Assembly (NCBI RefSeq): GCF_001272835.1
Contig: NZ_CP010546.1
Span: forward strand, 542,809 to 574,808
DNA length: 32,000 bases
From: Mycoplasmoides pneumoniae FH
Lineage (GTDB): Bacteria > Bacillota_I > Bacilli_A > Mycoplasmatales > Mycoplasmoidaceae
Direction of reading: 5' to 3'
The notes below the pieces were generated by a model. That model ran no database searches. It was not told where the DNA came from and was given only the letters and a program-made list of their open reading frames with translations. How positions within the stretch are numbered: position 1 is the first letter of the stretch; each line of letters opens with the position of its first letter. Below are positions 1 through 9,704 of this stretch, piece after piece. The position numbers and the translations under genes were made by a program.

Positions 1-1856
1 TCCATACCCACTTCTGGTGGGGTAAAATCATCAAAGCTGTGGGTACCGACAGCACCGTGTTGATTGTGCTTAAAGTCCACAACCTCAACTAATGGTAAGT
101 CAGATGAAGTTGTATTATTGAGTTCAATTTCAAACAGTGGTGGGGCAATTGTTGGTTCAACTGGACTGGTTGTAACGGTAGGAGTTGATTCCGCCACTTC
201 AATTTTAATTGGGGTAGTTGGTTGTACTGGTGCAGTCTGTGGTTGGTTTTTTACTGTATCGGTGAGATGTAAGACATAATCCATATCAGCAACGGGTGCT
301 ACTGCTGGTTGAGGTTCTGCGGTAGCGGTAGCTTGGCTTTCTACTACTGTTACTGGAATTACTTCTGGTTGTTCAACAGGAGCAGCTTCTGGAGTTAGAT
401 TCCATTCATAAACCGCTGGTTGAGGTGCAGCTTGTGGTTGTGGTTCAACTACTGGGGTTGGTTCAGCCACAGCTTCTTGAACAGTTTCAACAACTGGTTC
501 TGGTTGAACTTCTACAGGGGTTTCAGGTTGTGGTTCAACTACTTGTTCCACTTCTACAACAGGATTTTCAGGTTGAACTTCTAAAACTGAAGCTACTTCC
601 GGGGTTGTAATTACTTCTGGTTGGACTTCCACAGGTTGTTCTGGTTGTGGTTCAACAATCGGTTCTACAGCTACTTCTGGTTGAACCATTTCAGATTGAA
701 CTTCTGCAACTGGAGTCGATTCCACAACCACTTCTGGTTGAACTTGTTCCGTTGGAATTAATTCAGACACACCTGCCACAGCTGGTTCTACTGGAAGTGG
801 CTCGGCAACAGCTTCCGGTTGATGTTCTACAACAGCTACTACAGGCTCTGTAACTACCTGAGGTGTAATCTCTGCAATAGTTTCAACAACTGGTGTTGGT
901 TCAGTTTGTTGTGCTTCTGTAACTGGCTCTGCAGCTGCTTCTGGTTGAACCATTTCAGATTGAACTTCTGTAACTGGTTCTGGTTGAAGCTCTACTGCTG
1001 ATTGTTCAGCTGGAATCTCTGGTTGGGTTTGTACAGCTTGTGGTTCAACTTGTTCCAATATTGGTGCAGTTTCTCCAATTGGATCTAGACTTACTTCTAA
1101 TTGTGGCTCTACAGCTACTTCTGGTTGAACCATTTCAGCTTGAACTTCCACAGGTTGTTCTAGTTGTGATTCAACAATTGGTTCTACAACTACTTCTGGT
1201 TGAATTTCTACTGCTTGTGGTTCTACTGTTGCAGTAGTTTCTCCCACCGGTTCTACAGCTACTTCTGGTTGAACATCGTAAACAGGCTCAGCAGCTACCT
1301 CTGGTTGTACCTCATAGCTAGGTTCAGCAACTTCTGGTGCTGGTACATCTGCTTCCAAACCAAAGTCTTCTGAAGCTGTAGGTGTGGTTTCAATGTTATC
1401 CTCAAAGCCAAACTGTTTCTCTTCCGCTTCGGTTTGGGGTAAAGTCGAGATCCATTGATCACCCTCAAAGTAACCAGATCAAACCCACTCCCCAGCTTCA
1501 TCATAGTAACCATAAGCCTCATTACCGACATACTGAAGGTAATCCGGTTCTGCTTCGGTTTGTTCCTGTTCCCCCGCTAAAACTTCCACTGTTGGTGCAT
1601 CAGCAAACACGAACGGATTACCATTGGCGTCAAACAACACGCTAATGTCGTATTCCGTGTCACCATAAGGATCATAGTAAACTCCAGTTTCACTGTTAAA
1701 GGCAATGTAATAACCATTGCCATCACCGTCATAGGCAATCTTGACTTTGCCATCTTGAACAGTTAATTTACCATCGTACAAATTACCAAAGATCTGTTCG
1801 GGATTTTCCTCAGTGTAATCCTTGTCTTCAAAAACTGCTTCTTTGCTTTTCTTCAT
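1..1856 (-). CDS. hmw1: Cytadherence accessory protein HMW1, N-terminal ~618 codons (the gene runs off the left edge)
   Basis: ATG at 1856. The N-terminus is [50 protein letters not shown]. An aromatic/Gly box follows, then a long acidic Pro/Val/Glu/Gln field (..[12 protein letters not shown]..). I hand-translated 1368-1478, 531-713 and 3-77 and all are in one frame. No complete minus-strand ORF is listed below 1295, which fits a frame that stays open to the window edge. TGA at 1479-1481 must be read as Trp. Confidence 0.9.
1446..1544 (-). other. EAGR-type box (enriched in aromatic and glycine residues) inside HMW1
   Basis: Residues ~105-137 read [32 protein letters not shown], dense in Y/W/F/G. 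One of the Trp residues is TGA-encoded. The domain name is from recollection of the terminal-organelle protein literature. Confidence 0.55.
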
Positions 1857-1896
1857 GAAAAAAGAGCTTACAAAAGTGTAAGCATGGTTAACTTTG

Positions 1897-1902
1897 ATTA
1901 TA
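1897..1902 (-). promoter_or_regulatory. Candidate -10 box (TATAAT on the minus strand) upstream of hmw1
   Basis: The reverse complement of attata at 1897-1902 is a perfect TATAAT. It lies 41 nt upstream of the hmw1 ATG and 17 nt after the upstream gene's stop codon. No -35 element was assessed. Confidence 0.35.
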
Positions 1903-1919
1903 AAACTTTCTTTAAGGCC

Positions 1920-2777
1920 TTATCTTTTCCATGAGAGGTTGTATACCCTTAAATAATTTCTTAAATTATTTTCAGCAATCCTAATTAAGGGCTTAAACAA
2001 GGCCAAGTACAAGGGCATTAACAACGCTTGTACCAAGACCCTTGGCATTAAAAAGAAATAGCTACCATACTTAACGAAGTTCTTACTTGGTTTACCACTT
2101 AAAAAGACGAGGTATTCAATCGAGGCTATAGTGCCAATTAACAATGATACCACTAAGGTCATTAGTAAGGCCATCATTAAGATGTAGAGGTTTAAGATCA
2201 TCTCTTTCGGTTTTTTGACCTTAGTGTACTTTCAACCCAAAAAGATTTCTAACCCCACAAAAAAGCTAATAAAGGCTGCCATCGTAATGCCTTGTAGGAT
2301 GTGGACATTGACATCAAAGCCCCGGCCAAAGCTCTGGTTACCAGCAGCTTGAAAATTGCCATCAGTCAGGTACATTAATAATAAGACTAGGGTCAAGACA
2401 AAGAAACCAATCAGAATGCTTTGTAAGATCCAAAAGTCAATTTTTCAGTTAGTACTACTTTGGCGTACCTGATAAACGCCCTTAACCAGCCCCGCTAAAA
2501 AGCAGAACATGGGTTTTTGAATCGCAAACAACCAAAACCAGGTATAGCCCCTAGTAAGCCAGTCCATCGTGTCGGCAATGGCGCCAAAGGTAAAGCCCCA
2601 CACCGGTCCAAACATCCAACCAATTAAGGCAAAGGGAATTCTTGTGAAACTCACCTTGAGCACACTAGTGACATTAATGGAAAAAATATTAAAGATAAAG
2701 CTTAGTGCCATTAACACCGCCGCTCATACTAACAATTGTAAGTTCCGCGTTACCTTTAGGGGGTAATACGGAAACAA
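1920..2777 (-). CDS. Polytopic membrane protein (MG313-position homolog); start codon uncertain
   Basis: Track ORFs 2445..2717 and 1920..2201 are in one frame, with 81 codons between them, joined by TGA=Trp. The frame is open upstream to the TAG at 2823-2825 but has no ATG. Candidate starts are TTG at 2777 or GTG at 2717. The protein is hydrophobic throughout (..IPFALIGWMFGPVWGFTFGAIADTMDWL..). That segment loosely resembles ECF-transporter S components, which is speculative. TAA stop at 1920-1922. Confidence 0.6.
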
Positions 2778-2827
2778 AAAGATAAAGAAGGCGTGGTACT
2801 TAGTTTTTAATAGTTTGAAGGTCTAGA

Positions 2828-4174
2828 TTACCCAAAAACAGCTGGGGGTGTTAAATCATTGTCGTTGTTAGGATCACAATCCGTTTTAAATGGCTGTTGC
2901 ATTTCCTCTTGCACGTAACGGTTCAACACTTCGTTTGTTTGATCCGAACTTGGTTTAGGACTCAAAACAAAGGCAATAATACTAATGAGGGCAAAGGGAA
3001 TAATGCTCGCTAGGTAAAATATGGAAAAACCAACAAAGATAGTTTTAAAGGTCTCACTGTTAATTTTTAATTCATTAGACCTTAAGGCATTTAACAGAAA
3101 AGAGGGGTTTAAAATACCACCTGTAATAATGTTACCCCCAGGTAGGGCATTGAGTGCCACAAACAAGAAGATTGTCCAGAAGATCCACTTAATTCTGACC
3201 TTATACCGGTAGTTGTCATTGATCCTGGGAAAATCAGTTACCCCAAACTGGTGCTTGAGAAAGTGCATTGCCTTAAAGGTTTGACTTCTAGTAGCAAAAC
3301 TGTAGGGCTTACCTTGAAAGGCTAAAAGGAAGGAAGTACTACCAAAACCCAAGAAGATCAAGGTAATTAAAGTAGAAGCACTAACAGGGAAAAAGAGGTT
3401 AATGCCACCGTTTAAATCAACTAACGCTGGCCTGTCGGTATTATTCTGACCAGTAACCGCTTTAGTTAGGTTACTGTCAGGGTTTACATACCTGTAAAAC
3501 AAGAGGTTTACCACCACGAGGTAAGCAATGGCGGCCGCTTCAATTAACAACATGGAGATAAAGATTGCTAACTGGGCTCACTTAATTCACTGGCTTTTAA
3601 ACTGGAATTCAAAGATTTTGCCTACCATCCGTTCCGAGGTGACCCGCATAAAGGCACGTTGGCGTGCACGTGCTTCGAGTGATTCGTTGACAAAGTTTTC
3701 CAACTCTGGGCTTACAGTACCAGTTGTATGTATCCGTGGTTGGTTTAAATCAATTGTAACCGTCGGTTTATTAGCTCCATTGGTTGTTTTTTCAACAGCT
3801 GTTGGTTGAACGCTACTTAACTTACTAAAGCTATTTAAATCACGGTTAAAGAGATTGCACACGGCAATTGGTAAATAGTTAGCCAAGTCCGTGGCATCAG
3901 TTAAATCAAGTTTGAGGTTAAGTTCGGTGTTCGCTAGTTTGGTTTGCCCTAAACTAACAAAGCGCGCTTCTAAGTTTTGAAAAACAGGTTGAAAGTCCTT
4001 TTTCTTGGTTTTAGCCTTAGCTTGCTTTTGCTCTAAAAAGTACAACAGCTTTAACTGTTCGCGAATTGTTTTAGCAAACGCCGGGTCGCTTTGGATCCGC
4101 TCTTTGAGGGCATTGGCATTAAAAACAATGTCTAAATTGTCTTGTAACTTGGTTAAAAGATCGCTAAAAGTCAT
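2828..4174 (-). CDS. Hypothetical two-domain protein, 448 aa (MG314-position homolog): soluble N-terminal half plus multi-TM C-terminal half
   Basis: Hand translation shows track ORFs 3587..4174 and 2828..3553 are the same frame. They are joined by ..FKSQ-W-IK-W-AQLAIFISMLLIEAAA.. across TGA codons at 3587-3589 and 3578-3580. ATG at 4174, TAA at 2828-2830. Confidence 0.75.
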
Positions 4175-4185
4175 CTTGGTATAGT

Positions 4186-5085
4186 TTACTTTTGCGCAAA
4201 GAATCGCAACACGAAGTGCTTTAGCAAATGGATTGCTAAGCCATCATTGCGCTTAATTTTAATATCCAGCTGCCAAATCGCATTAATTAAGGCCGTTAAT
4301 TGGTTGGTGGATCAAAAGCGGTACTGGCTTTGAATCGCCTTTAAACGAAAGGGATTGACATTTCACTGTAGTTGGAAAACAGCTTGTGGTTTAACGCCTT
4401 TGACCATCAAGGCCAAAAGTAGTTCATTTGCTAAAAATTCTAGGAATTGCGGTGGTGTGAGCTGCTTTGGTAAAAACAAGCGTTCAATCAACTTTAAGGC
4501 TTTAGCTGTTTGCAAACGCACCATGGCGTCAGTTAATTGTAAGATTTGACTGGTTTGGTAATCACACAAAACGGCTTCTAACATTTTTTTGTCCTGTAAT
4601 TCTGCCGGGCTGAGTAGAGTTAACTTACGCAACTCCTGTTCAATGACCCCTAAGTTAAAGGGTAGAATCGTGGCTAAGTGGTCAATTAAATCAGGGTTTA
4701 AGTTGAGTTTGAGTGTCTTAGCGGCCTTACTGATCACCTGGTGGATGGTTTTAGCTGTGACTGGTTTACAAGCATACTTGGTAATTGCCCGGTCATTAAT
4801 GAGGGCATTAGCGGGACTGTCGCTGTAAATGGTGACCACCACATCAGTATCTTTAAGTGTTTTTAAGCAGTGTAATTCAGCCTTAGTTAAGTTGTTCTTT
4901 TCCAAAAAACTGCAGTTGTGAATGAGGATCGGTTTAGTGTCCTCAGCAAACAGATTCTGGTTTAACACCACATCATACAGCTTATTAACATCTTGAAACC
5001 AGACCTGTTTACAAGCGGCTGGGTTGAGCAGTTGGTTTAACTGCTGGTGAATTAACCCAATATCGGCGCCATAAACTACGGTCAT
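4186..5085 (-). CDS. holA: DNA polymerase III delta subunit-like protein, 299 aa
   Basis: The probable start is [19 protein letters not shown] at 5085, which is an N-terminus typical of HolA. Track ORF 4363..5130 continues through TGA at 4363-4365 and 4312-4314 to TAA at 4186-4188 (hand translated). Its position between the ComEC-like gene and the MG314 homolog matches MG315 synteny. The functional call rests on weak motif resemblance plus synteny. Confidence 0.6.
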
Positions 5086-6118
5086 AGTAAAAGACTGTAC
5101 CCACAGTATACAACAAGCCCCACAGCCCATAATAAACCAGGTAAAACACCCAGTTAGGTTTGGGTAGATTTAAAAATACGGTCGTGTTTAAGGCTCACTG
5201 ACTCAACCAGGGAAGTGGTCAGTAAAAACCGACCAAACTGTTGCCCATTCATGGAATTAGCGGTAACAACAGTCAGCTAGCACAGAAGTAAAACAAGGCT
5301 ATGGGAGTAAACAAGAGGTTATGAAACACACTTAAAGCGTTTAATTTTCGATTTAAGTGCAAAGTAATCGGACTGACCACAATGAGGATTAAGGTGGAAG
5401 TTAACACCGCTTGCAGTGGCTTTCACAGCTTCACCTTATTAATGGCAAACAACACAAAGCACGCTAAAAAGGAAAAGTTAAAGCCAAAGTTGTGTAACGC
5501 TCCCGGACTCATTAAGATGATTAACAGCGCCGTTAAGCCCAAATTATTTTCGGGTAGTTGCTTGGGAAACATTTGCCGTAACAGCTTTGAGACAAAAACC
5601 CGTAAAGCTGAAAAGGCAAATCCGACCAAAAAGAGGTACAGCAACAGCATTACAAAACCCGTTATTTTATTGATGTAAAAGCGCTTGTACAACCAGCGCT
5701 CCATGACACCAAACAAAAAACTAAGGTGAAAACCACTAATCACAAACAGGTGGACAATATTGAGCTGAATGGCACTCTGATACAGTGTGTTTTTTGTTGT
5801 TTCGTTAATTAAAAACAGCTTTAAGTACTGATTAAAAACACCACTAGTGTGTTGATCTAGTCAACTAATAAAAGGGGTGCGAAGTCAGTTCGCTTTCATT
5901 AGTTTGGCTAGTTGAAACTCTGGCATTAACTGACAGTATGCTAGTAAAGCGGCACTACAACTGATTAACAGTAAGCCAAACTTCCAGTGTACCGTTAAAC
6001 TAATTAGGTTAACTATCACCAAAAAACTCGCTAAAATTACCCACTGATTTTGTTCGATAAAGAAGTAAGCAGGGGTAAAGGTGAGTAACGTAAAAAAATA
6101 AAACAGCTTTCACTTCAT
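5009..6118 (-). CDS. ComEC/Rec2-like integral membrane protein, 369 aa (competence-domain only)
   Basis: ATG at 6118 ([14 protein letters not shown]..). Hand translation reads through seven or more TGA codons to TAA at 5009-5011. It contains the ComEC-type motif [18 protein letters not shown]. It corresponds to the MG316 position, downstream of hmw3. Confidence 0.65.
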
Positions 6119-6157
6119 GCTGTTTTATTAATTGGTTAATTAGTTTAGAAATGCCAA

Positions 6158-8176
6158 TTAAAACTCTTTACTCCAGCTGGAACGGAGCGGAAAGCGTTGA
6201 GACAAACCACCACGTAACGGTGAGCGGTAACGCGGGGTGAAACTGGTGTAATTGCTCCCTAAATCAAAGCGGTGCGTGTTGAAAAAGGAACTGCGGTTAC
6301 GCCTTAAGCTCGACAATTCCAATGGTCTTCTAAGTGGGTAAAAGCTACTTGGACTGCGGTAAGCGCCAAAGCTGTTAAGGCTGTCGAAGTTCAAACTCGC
6401 TGGGTTGCGGTAGTTTACAGCCATCGGTGTAACACCAGTAAACCGACTGGCAATTGGTGTTGACTCTACTGTTGGCCGTGTAAAACGTGCTCAACTGTTG
6501 CGGATTGCTGGAAGGTTAAACAGCGGTTCGTTGTACTTGGTAGCCACATATTCACTCGGTGGAGCTAACTGGTAGCGCTCGTGCGGTAAAGGCGTACGGG
6601 TAGAAGCATCGTGGAGGTGACCCAAACTCGCTAGCTTTTCCAACAATAAGGAACGGTTGGTGGTGTGAATGGTAATTGCACCACTTTCATTATTAACACA
6701 AGTTGACTGACACGGTTGTGGTTCCACTACCGATGCAGGGGATGGTTTTCATTCCGGTTCGGGTTGTGTTGGACGGATAATTGGTTGGACTACCACTTCT
6801 GGTTGAACTACAACTGGTGGAACCGCAGGAGTTGTTTGGACTACCTTAGGTGTCACTTTAGGTGTAGCTACTTGAGGAGTAACTACTACCTGTGGTGCTG
6901 GCGTTGGTGTTACTACCTTCGGTTCTGCCTTAACAACTGGTTGAACTACAGCAGTTGGTTGGACAACTACTGGAGCAGGGGTTGGTTGTGGTGCTACTTT
7001 AGGTACAGCTGGAACAGGGGTTGGTTGGGCCACTTGGAGTGCAACTTTTGCTGTTACTACCTTCGGTATTTCAACTTTAGGTGAGTCAACCTCAACAGTT
7101 ACAGGTGTTGGTTGTGGTTGTTCCACTACCTTAGGCTCTACTTTAGGGGCAGGAGTAGCTTCTACCACTGGTGTTGGGGTAGGTTCCACTACCTTAGGAG
7201 CTTCCACTACTGGTGCGGTCTCTACCACTGGTGTTGGGGTAGGTTCTACTGTTGGAGTAACCTCTACTATTGGAGCAGATTCAACAATAGGAACAGCAGT
7301 TGGCTCCACTACTGGTGCAACTGGTTCTGGTTGGAGTGGTGCTACCTCTATTGGTGCTACAGCACTAGCTTGATCAGGATCGCTGTAAGCTTGGGAATCA
7401 TAGTAAGCGTTCGGATCGTGAGCTTGATCATAGTTCTGTGTATTGTAAGCATTAGCATCATAGGCTTGATCATACGCTTGTTGATCAAAGGACTGATCGT
7501 AAGCTTGCTGGTCATAGTAAGCGTTCGGATCATAGTTTTGGTCATACGCTTGCTGGTCGTATGTTGCTTGATCAAAGGTCTGATCATAAACTGGTGGTGC
7601 TGTAGTATCCTGATATTCGTCTGGTGCTTGAGGTAGTGGATCGAGTCCGAACAGTTGATCAGCTTGCTGTTCGGGTGTAGCATCGGGATCCACAACTGGT
7701 AAACCAGCATCAATGTCCGGATAGCCCTCACCACTCAATGGTTCGCTTGTAGTGGTATCTGCACTTGCGGTACTACCACCATAGTTTAAATAGTCCACTA
7801 GGGGAATGTTTTCCCCATCACGGTAACCACTCACATCCAAAACATTGCCATCTTGGTCGTAAAAGGTATTGTTGACCTGGTCGTATTGGACTATTACCTC
7901 ATTGTTGTTGCCATCAAAGGCAGTGAGTGGAATAATCTTGGGGGCAAAGCTAATTGGTTCATCACTGTCCAATTCGAACAGAGGATAATCCGCTGGGAGC
8001 TGTTTTCTTTTTTCCAAAGAAAAGATGTTCCCGGTTTCAGGATCCTGGTACAGGGCGTGAAGCTTATTTTTAGCATCACGACCATAAACCACATTAATGT
8101 CGGGATAGCTCTTTTGGATCTTTTGTGCTAGCTTACCATACGCTTTCGCTAGCTTTGCTCTTTCTTTATCTGTCAT
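6158..8176 (-). CDS. hmw3: Cytadherence accessory protein HMW3, 672 aa
   Basis: Track ORFs 6749..8176, 6491..6727 and 6158..6424 are in one frame, with gaps of 7 and 22 codons, joined by TGA=Trp. The N-terminus is MTDKERAKLAKAYGKLAQKIQKSYPDINVVYGRDAKNKLHALYQDPETGNIFSLEKRKQ. The protein has an acidic Y/D/Q field and then a long P/V/T/E field. The 672-aa length matches my recollection of HMW3. Confidence 0.9.
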
Positions 8177-8189
8177 CTTGAAGCACTAA

Positions 8190-9014
8190 TTAGCGTTTTG
8201 GTGGAAAACCGGGTTGGGGTGGCATGCCAGGACGTGGTGGTTGCATTCCGGGACGAGGCGCCATACCGGGTTGAGGTGGGAAACCAGGTCTTGGAGCCAT
8301 ACCGGGGTGTGGCGGCATACCTGGACGAGGCGCCATACCGGGTTGAGGTGGGAAACCAGGTCTTGGAGCCATACCGGGGTGTGGCGGCATACCTGGACGA
8401 GGCGCCATACCGGGTTGAGGTGGGAAACCAGATCTTGGAGCCATACCGGGGTGTGGCGGCATACCTGGACGAGGCGCCATACCGGGTTGAGGTGGGAAAC
8501 CAGTACGGGGACCGAAGTTAATTTGGACTTGGGGTTGAGGTGGTACTGGTACTGGTTGTGGTGCTGGTTCAACTTCCGCTTCAGCATGGGCTTCAGCAGC
8601 TGCTTGTTGTTCTAACGCTTGTTGCTCTTCTTGTTGGGCAGAAATGCGTTGTAGCTGTTCCGCTAACTGTTCTTGGCGTTCCTTTTCCTCCAATAAGCGT
8701 TTTTCCTTGCGCTTCACAATTGGCAGTCCTATAGCAAGGCCCAAGATGATGGCTAGGGCACTAAAACCAAAGCAACCAGCAACTGTAGGAATAAACCATG
8801 CTTGCTCAGTAATCGGCTTGCCCTGAATTTGTACTGTATCCTCTTCTGCGTGTAAAACAACGTTAAGGGGACTCAATTCACTCTTAACTTCTGTCAGTTC
8901 GGTATTGTTGTGCTGTACCAAAATTAAGGTTGCAAGCACTATTAAAGCGCTGAACAGCACTAGCATTCAGGCTAATAAAAACAGTTTAAGCTTTCTTCGA
9001 GGTGGTAACTTCAT
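8190..9014 (-). CDS. p30: Adhesin-related terminal-organelle protein P30, 274 aa
   Basis: ATG at 9014 ([26 protein letters not shown]..). The upstream extension of track ORF 8190..8966 passes one TGA. There are two TM segments. The C-terminal repeats are [24 protein letters not shown], ending ..PGFPPKR, with TAA at 8190-8192. Confidence 0.93.
8251..8503. repeat. 72-bp tandem repeat, ~3.5 copies, encoding the Pro-rich C-terminus of P30
   Basis: The unit ggacgaggcgccataccgggttgaggtgggaaaccaggtcttggagccataccggggtgtggcggcatacct starts at 8251, 8323, 8395 and 8467 (the last copy is partial). Copies are identical except A instead of G at 8432. A diverged half-unit precedes the array at ~8214-8250. 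Confidence 0.95.
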
Positions 9015-9034
9015 GCACTAATTAAAGGGAGACA

Positions 9035-9616
9035 CTAACGACGGCGGCGACGGGGTGCTTCATCATAGTAGTAATCATCATCACGACTTTGTTGTGCCCG
9101 TTTTGCTTTACGGCGCTTTTTGATGATGGCACGGGTAATCTTGGACAGGATAAAGTTAATAATTAAGGCACCTATAAGCCCTGAAACTAAGGCCATGCCC
9201 AACGGAATAATGTACTTAGTAAGGTAGGGACCAACCTTTTCTAAAAAGGCGGGGATATTGGGTTTCTTTAAAAAGTCGACATACCCTGGGATTTGGCTAA
9301 ACAAACTACCATCAATCGGAAAGCGGGGATCTAGCTTGTTAGCATTATTAGCTACTTGTTCTGCTGCTAGTATCAAGGCGTGGGACTGTGATGCTGCAGC
9401 TGCTTTAGGTGCAGTTACCGTAGCGCCTACACCACTAGTAGTAACCGTGTCAAGCGCTTCCTTAGAGAAAAAACGGTTAAACACATCCATTGGTTGTGCT
9501 AGTTTAAAGGATGGGCTAACAGTACCAAAGTAAAAGATTGCTAAAAAGAGGTAAGCAATTGCTACCGTCAGTACCGCTAAGAAGGCTAGCTTAAAGAGCA
9601 ATTTGAAGAAACCCAT
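9035..9616 (-). CDS. Hypothetical membrane protein, 193 aa (MG319-position homolog)
   Basis: A complete ORF with an N-terminal TM segment ([19 protein letters not shown]), a second TM segment near the C-terminus, and a basic/acidic tail [29 protein letters not shown] stop at 9035-9037. It lies 20 nt upstream of p30. Confidence 0.75.
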   Translation of the reverse strand: MGFFKLLFKLAFLAVLTVAIAYLFLAIFYFGTVSPSFKLAQPMDVFNRFFSKEALDTVTTSGVGATVTAPKAAAASQSHALILAAEQVANNANKLDPRFPIDGSLFSQIPGYVDFLKKPNIPAFLEKVGPYLTKYIIPLGMALVSGLIGALIINFILSKITRAIIKKRRKAKRAQQSRDDDYYYDEAPRRRRR

Positions 9617-9704
9617 TGCTAGAGAAGAGTTAAATATTGGGAAAATTTTAACTTTTCAAAGCTTTAATTCCCCACTTACAGCTTAACTTCCTTAATTAAG
9701 AGCT

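Noticed and set aside
64-1237. Five plus-strand ORFs (64..279, 425..610, 647..853, 819..1001, 1040..1237) with odd Leu/Val/Gln- or Cys/Phe/Trp-rich products.
   Set aside because: They are antisense to the HMW1 acidic Pro-rich domain. GAA/CCA/GTT/CAA-rich codons have stop-free complements, and the products are low complexity with no family resemblance.
1295-1645. ORFs 1295..1531 (-) and 1382..1645 (+).
   Set aside because: These are alternative-frame or antisense overlaps of hmw1. The hmw1 frame is continuous through this region when TGA at 1479-1481 is read as Trp.
6716-7734. ORFs 6716..7084 (+), 7112..7636 (+) and 7357..7734 (-), rich in Trp/Cys/Tyr or Ile/Leu.
   Set aside because: These are antisense or out-of-frame readings of the HMW3 repeat fields, an artefact of repeat-driven stop-codon depletion.
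8186-8826. ORFs 8186..8587 (-), 8198..8521 (+), 8214..8615 (+), 8540..8734 (+) and 8644..8826 (+), with internally repetitive products. I also considered the regular 72-bp periodicity as a CRISPR-like array.
   Set aside because: All lie within the p30 coding repeats. The units are contiguous with no spacers, and they encode the known Pro-rich P30 tail in the p30 frame.
8183-9024. The identical 10-mer GCACTAATTA (plus strand) lies just upstream of both the hmw3 start (8183-8192) and the p30 start (9015-9024). I considered it as a possible shared translational or regulatory signal.
   Set aside because: It is only 10 bp and AT-rich, and one copy contains the p30 stop codon. It gives stop codons in several frames (TAA, TAG), which is a common feature of short intergenic spacers. 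Two occurrences are not enough to call a motif.
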